Positions 38,661 through 51,398 of a DNA stretch of 64,000 nt are shown here, in pieces. The first letter of the stretch is position 1. Each line of letters begins with the position of its first letter. The stretch is from Chiloscyllium plagiosum (Eukaryota), in assembly GCF_004010195.1 (NCBI RefSeq), contig NC_057720.1, positions 9,868,385 to 9,932,384 on the forward strand, in the 5' to 3' direction. The position numbers and the translations under genes were made by a program. The notes under the pieces were generated by a model that was not told where the DNA came from, did no database searches, and saw only the letters and a program-made list of their open reading frames with translations.

Positions 38661-39449
38661 TAAAGGTCTTGATGGAGGTTTCTGGGAAGACCTGTGGCTG
38701 AGCGCGGCACTGAAGGAACAGGAGTAGGCCATACAGCCCTTGGAGCCTGTGCTGTCTTTCATGCCGTAACTTTACAGACCTCGCTTTGGCCACTTTGCAG
38801 TTCATTTTGAGAAGGTGATGTTCCTGCTGGAGCGACTCTGGGTTGACAGGTATAGCGTATAGAGTGACAGGATCGACATCCTGTCTGCCATATCCTCAGC
38901 TATCAAGGTGTGAGCGGACACATCCAAAGTCCCAGTGGATATTGAATGCAATGGCAGACAACTCCTTAAAATGTGACCCTAATTGGGTAAATCAACTGTG
39001 TGGGTAACAAAAATGTCTGACTGGCCAAACCACTGCCCTCTCTGGCCAAAAAAACCCAACGTTTATTAGGTTGCGGCTGAGGAAGATGGATTGAAGCACT
39101 GTCCTTAACTAAGGAGAACAAGAAACATTTTGTTCCGTGGCACAGTGTCCTTCCCTTGCAGCACCCCCCTGCCACCCCTTGTACACCCCTCCCCCCACCC
39201 CTCCCCACAACACCAGCCTGACCACCACTGGGTGAGTTGATGTCCAGCAGATGAAAGTAAAGGATGGAAATTAAACCCTCAGAAGACTTCAAACACAGAA
39301 AGACAACAAGGTGAAATGTGAGGTTTACCAACAAATCAAAGGTTTACGAGTGCTGCTGGTTAGTCTTTTATTTAGAAAATTCAGTGACCATTTCGTGCAG
39401 TGGTACCTCCTTTCGTAAAAGGTCCTTCCTGTCCTATTGCTGAGGGTTA

Positions 39450-40020
39450 TAGTGTCATAGAGCCATATAGCACAGAAACATACCCTTCGGTCCAACTCAT
39501 CCTTGCTGACCAGATATCCCAAATTAATCTAGTCTTAATTGCCAGAATTTGGCCCATATCCCTCTAAACCCTTCTTATTCATATACTCGTCCAGATGTCT
39601 TTTAAATGCTGCAATTGTACCAGCCTCCACCATTTCCTCTGGTAGCTCATTCTATGCATGCACTACCTTCTACATAAAACATTATCCCTTAGGTCCCTTT
39701 TAAATCTTTCCCCTCTCATTAAACCTATGCTCTCTAGTTTTGGACACCCCCACCTTGGGGAAAATCCTGTGTTTATTTACCCTATCCATGCCCCTCATGA
39801 TTTTGTAAACCTCTATAAGGTCACCCCTCAGTCTCCGACACTCCATGGAAAACAGCCTCATCCTATTCAACCTCTCCCTGTAGCTCAAACCCTCCAACGC
39901 TGGCAACATCTTTGTAAATCTTTTTTGAACCCTTTCAAATTTCACAATATCCTTCCTGTAGCAGGGAGACCAGAATTGCATGCAGTAGTCCAAAAGTGGC
40001 CTCGTGAATGCCCTGTACAA
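39450..40020 (-). mobile_element. CR1 3' fragment
   Basis: RPLLDYCMQFWSP...RGDLIEVYKIM. Confidence 0.9.
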
Positions 40021-40314
40021 TTGTTGACAATCATTCCAGGTTAGTGGAGTTCTATCACAATCAGAGTTATGTTGGGTTAATTTCTGAGCAACGATAATGC
40101 TGCAACTGCTGCCTGGCCTTTCTCGATTAGTAACATTATCATTTACTCAAGAATGTAAGGATTATTTTTAACTTGCCCAACTCTGCATTTGGATTCAAAC
40201 ACTGCTGTTTTGGAAACATGCAAATCCAAAAGAACCAGGCAGGAACCAACGCTAATGCTAACATCCTGTGAAAGCATTAAAACAGACACAACCTGTATCT
40301 ATTGCCATCATTCA

Positions 40315-40860
40315 TTATCATTGGCAGTCCCTTGCAGACGAGGATGACTCTCCCCCACTCTCAAAGTGAATCTGTAGGCATCTGTACAGACCGATGGGAC
40401 TACCACTGGCTCTTGTACACTTGGGGGAGAAGGTAGTCCAGGGAAGGGATGGGCATAGAGCATGCTCCTTTCGCTGTTTTCCGCTGGGTTCCACTTTTTC
40501 TTGACAGCTTTCCCAGATGCTTCTCCATCACTTTGGATGGTTGTGGGCCAGTGATTCCCAGGTGTCTGTGGGAATGTCGCACTTCTCTAGTGAGGGCTTG
40601 AGGATATCCCTAAAGTCCTTCCTCTGTCCACCTGGAGCTCACCTGCCATTTCGGAGCTGGGAGCAGAGGACCTGATTAAGGAGTCTCGTGTTGGTCATGA
40701 GGACAACATACCCAGCCCATCGCAGCCAATCTAGGTAGGGGAGGGGGGGGGGGGGCGAGGGGCTCAGTGCCTCAATGTTGGGGATATTGACCTGGTCGAG
40801 GATGCTGGTGTCAGTGCACCTTCCTTCTGTGTGGGTTCACAGGATCTTACACAGGCAGCG
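40315..40860 (-). mobile_element. RTE-like LINE 3' fragment
   Basis: Minus strand reads LRWAGYV..M...RLL.QVL..QL..G...PGGQRK.FRD.LK..L, an RTE/BovB-type ORF end. Confidence 0.65.
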
Positions 40861-42662
40861 AAAGGCTCCTGCCTGTGGCTGAGATATCGATCGTATGCCT
40901 ATGATGAAGGGTGTGAATGCCTCATGTAGCTGATGAGCTGCCAAACAAACGAGTTATTTAGCCCTGAATGGTGCCAGCTGCTTCCATCTAAATAAGTGAA
41001 GTATCCCACTGGAGTTCATTAGAAGATCAGTTTGAGCAGCGATTATTTTTGGCTCCAACGTGTTAGTATCCCAGCCCTTGACCGCGCCTAAAATCCATAG
41101 CGACAATCACCTAATCCGTTTTCACTAGCAGCCCTGGGTGCATTCACTCTATCCTTAGCAAACCTCATATTAAGCTTATCCTAAAACTAGCAAAGATGGG
41201 GTTCAGTTCTAAGAACTGACTAGTGCATGGGCTCTCTGTGAAATCCCTTAGTGCATAGAGACAACCTTACAATGCAGCATTTTATTATAACAATGTGTTA
41301 ATGTGCCAGAATTATAAAGTCTTTAATAAAGTCTGGAATTATTAAAATGGGACACCTTTTACTGAGCAAGACATGCTATTTTCTGTTTAAAAGTATTTGA
41401 ATAGGCAATTTTAACAGTCACTTGAGATTAGATAGTTATTAGTTCCAACAATAATGATTCATTTATTTGATCTCCACTTCTAACAAATTCAGATAATTAC
41501 TCGTACAGTTCTCATCCATCATTACCACAGGAGAGAGTGTGCAGAGTCTAATACTTTATATTGTAAATAGTTCTAAAAGCTTTTTAATGGATCACTTGGC
41601 AAGTATATTTTTTTCACAACTCATTTCTTCACAGAGAAATTAATGTCAGTGCAATTATAGAGCGACAAAAGAGATTGCAAAAGAAACAAACAAGTCTAAC
41701 TCTAAAATATATCCCGCAAACAATGCCTAAAACAGAAGATCTTATGATTTATTGCGTTGATGTTTGTGGGATCTTGCTGTGTGCAAATTGGCAGCCATTT
41801 TTCTTACATTAAAATGCTGCAGAGGCACTTCATCAGCTGTAGAGCATTCTGAGAAGCTATCAGGCCTTAAAAATGTGCATTCTCCTTCACACGGCAAGAG
41901 TTTAATCCTCACAACCTATCCATATTTCTCTCCAGTGGACTTGATACTGCTCATGATGCTGCTAAAGTGGTCAGTCAGAATGACCTGGTGGTGAGAGTCC
42001 AAACCCTAACACAGCAGCACTCTAAGATCCACTAATTAAATCAATCTGGAGTAAAAATTTAATGTCAATAATTGTGACCATATATCTACTGGATTGTCAT
42101 AAAAAGATTCCTTCTTGTTCCTTAAAGATCATTCAGGAATAAAATCTGCCGCCCTTACTTGGACAGTTCGACGTATCCCTCCAGATCCACAACATTGTGG
42201 CTGACTCAGAACTGTGCTCTGAAATGGTCCAACAAGTCAGTTGTCTGAAAAGCACTATCTTCTGAACAGATGGTAAATGCTGGCTTTGGCAGCACATAAT
42301 GTGAACAAGACTTTCTTTTGTTTAAAAGACGTGTTTGCTGCTTTTACAATCTCTTCAGGTGAGATTTGATTTAATCAGGTTTTGATTGGAATCTGACTTT
42401 TGCACAGTTGGCAGGATAAATTATGGTCAAGATTGTAAAATAATAACAAGGGATATCCAAGCAAGATGACCAAAAGCATAACGCTGCAGAAACAGGTGCA
42501 GAGAATGCTGGAGAAACTCAGGCAGCATCTGTGCAGAGAAAAGCAGATTTAATGCTTTCAGTCAAATATGAGTCTTCTTCAGCACTGCTGTTCTTTAAGG
42601 TGTGTGTGTGTAGTGGCATGTGTCTGTCTGTCTGTGTGTAAGTGTACATGTGGGGGAGCGTG

Positions 42663-43095
42663 TAGAATAGAATAGAATAGAATCCCTACAGTGTGGAAAC
42701 AGGCCCTTCGACCCAAAAAGTCCACACCAACCCTCCAAAGAGGATCCCATCCAAACCTATTCCCCTAACTTATTACTCAACATTTACCTTCTGGGCTTAT
42801 GCCCGAAACGTCGATTCTTCTGCTCCTTGGATGCTGCCTGACCTGCTGTGCTTTTCCAGCAACACATTTTCAGCTCTGACTAATGCACCTAACCTACACA
42901 TCTCTGAACACTACGGGCAATTTAGCATGGCCAGTTCACCTAACTTGCACATCTTTGGACTGTGTGAGGAAACCGGAGCACCCAGAGGAAACCCACACAG
43001 ACATGGGGAGAACGTGCAAACTCCACACAGTCAGTCGCCTGAGGTGGGAATTGAACCCGGGTCTCTGGCGCTGTGAGGCAGCAGTGCTAACCAGT
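42663..43095 (-). mobile_element. HE1-like SINE interrupted by a PLE repeat fragment (42792-42878)
   Basis: (tagaa)n tail and V domain; insert gggcttatgcccgaaacgtcg. Confidence 0.85.
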
Positions 43096-43617
43096 GTGTA
43101 TGTGTGTGTGAGAGATGGTATGTAGGTGAGCGTGTGTGAGCATGTGTGTTAGTGTGGGGGGGTGTTGAAGGACAGTGCTCCTGACAGTGTTCACCAGCAT
43201 GGAGTCACCCATTTCAAACTGAGAATAGGCAAAAAAAAAATTCTCTTCGAGGATCGTCAGTCTTTTGAATTTTCTTCTTGGAAACATGTTGGAAGCACAG
43301 TCCTTGAATATTTTTAAAGCAGAGGTGGATAAGAGATAAACAGATAAGTAAGGAGTTGGAAAGGCTAGGTATGAATGGAGTCTGACGTTACAGTAAGATC
43401 ATTGATAATCTTAATGAATGACAGGGCTAGTCTGAGGGCATGAATGGCTTACTCCTGCTCCTGATTCACATGCACATATCGTCATTTTACCAGACAAATG
43501 GGTTACAGAGCAAAATGAGACCATTTAGCCCCTTTGTGCCTGCACCAGGTTCCAAGTGAACATCATGACTTTGTGCCAAACTCTTCACACCCTCATACAT
43601 TATTCCAATTTAAATAG

Positions 43618-43919
43618 TTAGAAAGTAAAGTTGGCTACTGTGCTGGGAATGGGTGAGTGGTGTGTTCTTTTATAATGATGCTGAATAATGACAACAGCAT
43701 GGCTTTAATTCCTGCTCTCTCCTCAGGGAGCCAACTGGTGGTGTCATTCCCTAAGGGTCACCATGCCTCAGTTGAGGGGAGATAGTGAGAAGAAGATTCC
43801 TTCGTGGTAATCTGAGCAGGTGCAGGAATTAAAGCCACGCTGTTGTCATTATTCTGCATCATTATAAAAGAAAACACCGCTCACCCATTCCCAACAGAGC
43901 AGCCAACTTTATTTTCTAA
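43618..43919. repeat. 98-bp inverted repeat with a 106-bp spacer
   Basis: 43618-43715 is the reverse complement of 43822-43919 with a few mismatches. Confidence 0.9.
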
Positions 43920-44099
43920 TAGAATATACAAGCTAATACTTAATTTTCGGAGGGCACTCAGAGTTAAGCACACTGTATTGGGTGTGAAGCATTTTCTGGT
44001 TTCCTTCCCTGAAGGATATTAATGAACCAGTTGTACTTTACATCACAAATTAGCATCTTCTCCAGTAACATTCCTACATTTTAGCCTGAACGAATGAAT

Positions 44100-44730
44100 G
44101 AAATTGAATTTATTGTCACATGTACTGAGGCACAGTGAAAAGCTTTGTCTTGCGAGCAACACAGGCAGGTCACAGAGTTAAGTCGCATAGATAAGTAAAT
44201 AATAGGTAAACAGAAGCAAAAACAAAAACACAGGTACAGGCGAATGTTAAGAGTTTGTGAGTCCATTCAGTATTCTCGCAACAGTAGGGGAGAAACTGTT
44301 ACGAAACCGGCTGGTGCATGTGTTCAGGCTTCTGTACCTTCTCCCCGATGGTAGAGGCTGTAGAAAAACACTGCCAGGATGGATGGATCTTTAAGAATGC
44401 TGGCAGCTTTTCCTTTTTGACAGTGAGCCTGTTGGCCTTTGTAACCATCTCCGATCTTGAATGGTACAGTTGCCATGCCAGGTAGTGATACATCCAGACA
44501 GAATGATCTCGATGGCGTACCTATAAAAGTTGGCAAGGGTATTCGCCGTCATGCCAAATTTCCTCAGCTGCCTGAGGATGAAGAGACATTGTTGGGCCTT
44601 TGTAACCAGTGTGTCCACATGAAGAGTCCAAGAAAGCTTGTTGTGGATGTCTACTCCCAGGAGCTTGACATTCTCCAGTCGTTCCACCTCTGTGTTGTTA
44701 ATGTGTAGGGGGGTCATGAGTAACATCCCG
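44100..44730 (-). mobile_element. Rex1/Babar 3' fragment, same family as 19985-21305
   Basis: PLHINNTEVER...KAQQCLFILRQLRKFG. Confidence 0.9.
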
Positions 44731-44888
44731 AGTGCTTGGTGAATGTTCCGAGGAATGTAGTGGGGATGTGCGCTCCTTGGGTGCCTGTGACTCTGGATTC
44801 TAGTTGCATTTTGCCAATGTCTCTGGATTCAGTTGAATTCATAATGCACTAGTTAAGAGTAACATCCAATGTAGCTACTGTCAGCCTA

Positions 44889-45403
44889 AAGACAAAAAAA
44901 ATGCAGATGTTGAGATCCAAGGTAGACAGGCAGGAGGGTGGAAAAAAGCAGCAGGCCAGGCAACATCAGGAGGTGGAGAAGTCGACGTTTCAGGTGTAAC
45001 CCTTCTTCAGGAGTCGGGGTGGGTGTGTGCTGCAGATAAAAGGGGTGCCAGGGCAGGGTGGCAAAGTCGGGATAGGTAAAGACAGGTAGAGGGTATGATG
45101 TGGTTGGTCAATGGGGGGAATGAATCTGGTTGGTGGCAGGGAGGAGTGGAAGGGGGAGGGAATAGGAAGGGAATGGGGGAAGGGAAGGGAGGTTATTTGA
45201 AATTGGAGAACTCAATGTTGAGGGTGCCCAGGTGGAAGATAAGGTGTTGTTCCTGAAATTTGCAGTGTGGTTTGTTGTGACAATGGAGGAGGAAAAGGGT
45301 GATCATGTCGGAAAGGGAGTGGGAAGAGGGAATTTAAATGGGCGTTGACTAGGAGGTCTGGTCGGCCTTGAGGACCTGGTTGAGATGCTCGGTGAACTGT
45401 TCC
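44889..45403 (-). mobile_element. Penelope-like 3' fragment with HHR core at 44984-45010
   Basis: CTGAAGA-A-GGGT(TAC)ACCT-GAAAC-GTC on the minus strand; homologous to 3845-4380. Confidence 0.8.
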
Positions 45404-46571
45404 TGTCAGTCGAGCGGTTTGGAGATATTTCCTATTTGACCTGTTCAGCAACGTAACAAACACACCTCTGGAGTAGTTGGTACTTGAACCTCCTGGCCCA
45501 GCGGTTGGGGCACTACCACTGCTCGACAGGAGACATTCAGTGAAAGTTTGGAATAGACTGCCTGGAAGCAGGTTCAATTGAGGACATTTTTGGGAGTCAG
45601 TTATCTCAGTTAGCTGGAGAGCTGGTGTGTGATATAGAGTAACACCAACAGAGTTGTTTAATTGCCACACCGGCTGAGGTTACCATGAAGGAGGAATCTC
45701 CTTCTCACTCTCTCCCCTCACCTGAGGTGAAGTGACTCTCACAGTATGCCATCACCAGTTGTCTCTCTAATGAGAGAGCAGCTCTATGGTCTGGTAAGAC
45801 CAGGGTGACTTTACCTTTAGGGACGATTATTTAAATTGAAACAGTATGTGAGGGTGTGAAGAGATTGGCACAAAGTCATGATGGTCACTTAGAACCTGGT
45901 GCAGGCATGAGGGGCCGAATGGCCTCATTCTGCTGTGTAACAATTCTGTGATCCTGTGCGACTCAGTGTAAGTATTCCATCCCCATTTCTCATCATGGAG
46001 TCCAACCTCCTTTCTCAAACTATTTCAGTTTTATCGCTCCACTCCTCAATCTAACCCATTGATCAAAATTTAGTCAAGGAGTTCAGCTCCATCACCATCA
46101 GAAGAATGTGACTATTTATCAACCGTGTGGAAATGATCTTTCTCACCTACTTAATTCCACAGTCGTAACTGTTGATCATTCAGAATTACCTTCAGAGTGA
46201 GAATATTTCTTTCTGAAGCACATTTTGAATTTACTTTTCATCACTTTAGATTTAGAGCCTGAAATAATATTCTACTTTCACTTTATTTCTGCCAGTTTAT
46301 ACTGCCTAATACCTCTCTTAACCTTGCTTCACTCACACTCAGAATATTTTATTCATGGCTAACCTAGCAGTTACCAATTAAAGCTTAACCTGCCATGGTT
46401 ACTGGGCACAACTTCAGATTGTAATGTATACACATCAGTATGATGTACGCTGATGAACTGAGTTAACACACACAATTCTTGCAGCTATATCATCTCATTT
46501 TGTAGATCTCACAGATTGCCTCCCATTGAATAGGGAATGGATTTATCAATCTTGCGCTGCTCCCGTCTTGG

Positions 46572-46820
46572 GAGACTCAGTGGCATAATGGTAATATCAC
46601 TGAGTTAGTAATCCAGACTTACAGGCTAATGCTTGGAGGACAAAGGCTCACAATCCTATGGTGGGGTTTGAATTCAATTAAGAAAATCTAAAATTGGAAA
46701 CTAGCCTCAGTGATGGCATAAAATCCCCAGCTAATCTGCTTGAGGGAAGGAAATTTTCCATCTGTACCTGAACAGACCTATATGTCATTCCAGACCCACA
46801 GCAATGGAGTTGACTCTTAA
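46572..46820 (+). mobile_element. Deu-domain SINE
   Basis: tRNA-like head and degenerate Deu core. Confidence 0.6.
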
Positions 46821-47047
46821 ATGCATTTTTTAAAATTCAATCATGGGGTGGGGGCTAGTAATGCCTACGTCTACAACCCATCCCTAATTGCCCTTGAGAA
46901 GGTGGTAATGAGATGCATAGGTAGACTCACAATGCCATTAGGGAGGCAATCCCAAGATTTGGAGCCAGTGACAGTGAAGGAACGGCGATACATTTCCAAG
47001 TCAGGAGGGGGAGTGGCTTGGAGGGGGACTTGGTGGTGATGTTCCAT

Positions 47048-47408
47048 GGAGTCACAGAGTCATAGAGATGCACGGCACGGAAACAGACCCTTCAGTCCAA
47101 CTCGTCCATGCCGACCAGCTATCCTAAACTAATCTAGTCCCATATGCCAGCACTTGGCCCATATCCCTTTAAACCTTTCCTATTCATATCCCCATCCAGA
47201 TTCCTTTTAAATGCTGTAATTGGATCAGCCTCCACCACTTCCTCTGGCAGCTCATTCTATACATGCAACACATTGAATGTTAAGTCCCTTTTAAATCTTT
47301 CCTCCTTCACCTTAAACCTATGCCCTCTAGTTCTGGACTCCCCCACCCCATGGAAAAGACCTTGGCTATTTACCCTATCCATGCCCCTCATGATTTTAAA
47401 TCTCTATA
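47048..47408 (-). mobile_element. CR1 3' fragment
   Basis: Same 3' UTR family as 23185 and 39450. Confidence 0.85.
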
Positions 47409-49311
47409 CGTCATTCTGCTATAATGTGTATTTCGTTAACGTGAACTCGCTATAATGCGATTGACGAATTGGGGAGACTATTTCTAAAGTGCAAACTTTT
47501 AAAACGTGTGTTGGTTGCAAGCTGATTACATCACCACCACTTTAAGTGCTGTTTCTAATAATGTGGAACATAGAACATAGAACATAGAAGAATACAGCGC
47601 AGTACAGGCCCTTTGGCCCTCGATGTTGCGCCGATCCAAGCCCACCTAACCTATACTAACCCACTATCCTCCATATACCTATCCAATGCCCGCTTAAATG
47701 CCCATAAAGAGGGAGAGTCCACCACTGCTACTGGCAGGGCATTCCATGAACTTACGACTCGCTGACTGAAGAACCTACCCCTAACTTCAGTCCAATATCT
47801 ACCCCCCTTAATTTAAAGCTATGCCCCCTTGTAATACCCGACTCAATACGCGGGAAAAGGTTCATACTGTCGACCCTATCTAACCCCCTAATCATCTTGT
47901 ACACCTCAATCAAGTCACCCCTAAACCTTATTTTCTCTAATGAAAACAGTACCCCATCTTTTTGTTATTCTTCCCAAAGTGAATCACCTCGCACTTAGCT
48001 ACATTGTATTCCATCTGCCACCTTTCTGCCCAGCTCTGCAGCTTCTCTATATCCTGCTGTAACCTGCTACATCCTTCCTCACTGTCAACAACTCCTTCGA
48101 CTTTCGTATCATCCGCAAACTTGCTCACCCAACCTTCTAATCCCTCTTCCAGGTCATTTATAAAAATGACAAACAGCAATGGTCCCAAAACAGATCCTTG
48201 CGGAACACCGCTAGTGACGGCACTCCATGAAGAAACTTTGCCATCAACTACTACCCTCTGTCTTCTTCCATCCAGCTAATTCCTAATCCAAACCTCCAAC
48301 TCACCCTCAATGCCATATCTCCGTATTTTCTGCAGTAGCCTACCATGGGGAACCTTATCAAACGCCTTACTAAAATCCATATATACCACATCTTCCGCTT
48401 TCCCCTCATCAACCTCCTTCGTCACCTTTTCAAAGAATTCAATAAGGTTTGTGAGGCACGACTTGCCCTTCACAAAACCATGCTGACTATCCTTGATCAC
48501 ATTATTCCTATCTAGATGTGCATAAATCCTATCCCTTACAATTCTCTCTAAGACTTTGCCCACAACAGAAGTGAGACTCACCGGCCTATAGTTACTAGGG
48601 TTATCCCTACTCCGCTTTTTGAACAAGGGGACCACATTTGCTATCCTCCAGTCTTCTGGGACTACTCCTGTAGACAAAGAGGACATAAAAATCAAGGCCA
48701 ATGGCTCTGCAATCTCCTCCCTTGCTTCCCAGAGAATCCTAGGATAAATGCCATCAGGCCCAGGGGACTTATCTATTTTTACCTTTTCCAGGATTTCCAA
48801 CACCTCTTCTCTACATACCTCAAAGCCATCCATTCTACTTATTTGTGCCTCAGTATTCTCATCGACAACAATGCCCTGTTCCTGAGTGAATACTGAAGAA
48901 AAGTATTCATTCAGTGTCTCCCCAATCTCTTCCGCCTCCACACGCAACTTCCCACTACTATCCTTGACTGGGCCTATTCCTACCCTAGTCATTCTTTTAT
49001 TCCTAACATACCTATAGAAAGCCTTAGGGTTTTCCCTAATCCTATCTACTAAGGACCTTTCATGTCCCCTCCTTGCTGCTTTTAGCTCTCTCTTCAGCTC
49101 CTTCCTGGCTACCCTATAACTCTCAATCGCCCCAATTGAACCTTCATGTCTCATCTTGAGATAGGCCGCCCTCTTCCATTTAACAAGGGATTCCAATTCC
49201 TTATTAAACCACGGCTCCCTCGCACGACCCTTTCCTCCCTGCCTGACAGGTACATAATTATCAAGGAAGTTGCACAAGAAAATAGCCATCACGTTATAGA
49301 AGAGCTGACGG
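47409..49311. mobile_element. Probable Tigger/pogo-like MITE (about 200 bp) split by a CR1 insertion
   Basis: ta-CGTCATTCTGCTATAATG at left and CGTTATAGAAGAGCTGACGG-ta at right: imperfect terminal inverted repeats with TA flanks. Confidence 0.55.
47566..49265 (-). mobile_element. Young CR1 LINE with an internal 340-bp deletion and a premature stop
   Basis: ORF 48276-49346 carries RT motifs; near-identical to 28211-29340; tail (gaacata)n on +. Confidence 0.95.
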
Positions 49312-49995
49312 TAATCAATCAAGCTTATAACATGTCTCGTTAACACTTGCTAGAAGCTACGTGTATTCATGTGCAAGAACATAGCAAAATACAACTGAGG
49401 AGTATGAATGGGACGTTTTCCCTTCCCAGTCTGCTCTACCGTTCAATAAGATCCTGGTTGATCTGGTTGTGATCACAATTTCTGTCTCCCTTCTCCGTAT
49501 AATCTTGATTCCTTTGTCTATCAAAAATCTGCACTATTCTGGCCTTGAAAAAATCCAATAACTCAATCTCCACTATTTCTGGGGAAAGGAATTCCACGGA
49601 CAAAATACCCTCCAAAAGAAAATAACTCTTCTCGTGTACATTCTAAAAGTAAGGCTGCTTAATTCTTTCAGTTGTGTTTCTAGAAATCCCTACAAGAAGT
49701 GAACCTTATGTCAGAAAGAAATATGGTCAAGCCATGTCCTTCAATTGCCCAGGAGTTTGGGAAGGTTATAGTCCGTGATTGCTCTCTTCATGCGGTTGGT
49801 TTAGCTCACTTAGCTGTAACACAAAGGCGACACTAACAGTAAATGAACAATTCCTATACAAACCAGGTCACCATGAAGATTGCACTTTCATGACATCACC
49901 CCTTGTTTGAGGTGTGGTGATTTTCCAGTTCAATCAGTCACCAGCCATCTCTTTCTAAAGCCAGAGCAATCTATGGTCTTCTGCGACTATTGAAC

Positions 49996-50205
49996 TCGGA
50001 GGAAGTGAGGACTGCAGATGCTGGAGATCAGAGCTTAAAAATGTGTTGCTGGAAAAGCGCAGCAGGTCAGGCAGCATCAAAGGAACAGGAGAATCGATGT
50101 TTCGGGCATAAGCCTGAAGAAGGGCTTACGCCCGAAACGTCGATTCTCCTGTTCCTTTGATGCTGCCTGACCTGCTGCGCTTTTCCAGCAACACATTTTT
50201 AAGCC
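49996..50205. mobile_element. PLE terminal-repeat hairpin with intact HHR core at 50114-50141 (+)
   Basis: Near-perfect arms; TSD cttctg(c/t)gactattg at 49978-49992 and 50206-50220. Confidence 0.9.
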
Positions 50206-50319
50206 CTTCTGTGACTATTGTCGACTTTCCCTTTCTCCGTGGCAATGCCTTGATGAATCAGAGTTGACTTACCAACTAACCAATGTCCTTCTCCCCATGG
50301 TATAAGTTAAGTAGAAAAT

Positions 50320-50820
50320 ATAATTGATTGGTCAGATGGGCAGATCAGTGGCAGATCAAACTTAACCCTGAAAACTGTGAGATGATGTACTTTGGAAGAA
50401 GTAACAAGACAAGCAAGTGCTCAGTGAATGGGAGGACACCAGAAAACTCAGAAGAACAGAGGGATGTTGCTTGTCCACATAACCTTGAAGGTGGCAGGAT
50501 AGGTTAATAAGGCAAAAAGGATCTTTTATCAATCGAGGCTTGGTTTCTAAGATGAGGAAGGTTATGTTGGTGCGGAATAGGCCTTTGGTTAGGCCACAGC
50601 TGGTGTTCTGCGTGCAGTTCTGGTCACTGCGCTATAGGAAGGATGCGATTGCATTGGAGGGAGTGCAGAGGAAATTCACCCAGATGTTGCCTGAGGATGA
50701 AGTATTTTAGCTATGGGAAGAGGTGGGAGATATTTGGGTTGCTTTCTTTGGAGCAGAGAAGGCTGGGAGGGGACCTGATTGAGATGACTTGGATTAAGGT
50801 GGATAGAAAGCAGCTTAGAG
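50320..50820 (+). mobile_element. Degenerate CR1 fragment (3' end resumes at about 51460-51720)
   Basis: VRPQL.FCVQFWS and GGDLIE motifs. Confidence 0.75.
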
Positions 50821-50822
50821 TC

Positions 50823-51312
50823 GTAAAGCGCGGCGCTGGAAAAGCACAGCAGATCAAGCAGCAGCCGAGGAGCAGGAGAGTCAACATATTGGGCATAAGT
50901 CCTTCATCAGGACTGTGTGGGGAAAGGGGGCTGAGAGATAAATAGGAGGATGGGGGTGGGTCTGGGTGGCAACTAGCTGGGAAGGCGATAGGTAGATGCA
51001 GGTAGGGGGTGATGGTGGGTGGTTAAGGTGATAGGTCGGAGCAGAAGGTGCCAACGGATAGGTGGGAAAGAGGATGGACGGGGGTACAGGTCAACAGGGC
51101 GGAGCCTAGTTGGAAGCTTGGATCTGGGATGAGGTGGGGGGGGGGAGATAAGGAAACTGTTGAAATCGACATTGATGCCGTATGGTCGGAGGGTCTCAAG
51201 GCAGAAGATGAGGTGTTCTTCTTCCAGGTATTGAGTGGTTTGGATTTGGCAATGGAGGAGGCCCAGGACTTGAATATCTTTGGCAGAGTGGGAGGGAGAG
51301 TTGAAGTGATCC
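50823..51312 (-). mobile_element. Penelope-like 3' fragment
   Basis: LEEEHLIFCL.TL.PYG.N on the minus strand, then terminal repeat with degenerate HHR. Confidence 0.8.
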
Positions 51313-51327
51313 TGTCATGCCAGAGTC

Positions 51328-51398
51328 GCGTCAGTGGTTCAGTGGTAGAATTCTCACCCGCCATGTGAAAAGCTTGGATTCGATTCTTGACCAATGCG
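51328..51398 (+). pseudogene. tRNA-Gly(GCC) pseudogene
   Basis: 71 nt, colinear with vertebrate tRNA-Gly-GCC (gtggttcagtggtagaattctc..gcca....ttcgattc...ccaatgc); mismatched acceptor stem and CpG decay. Confidence 0.85.
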
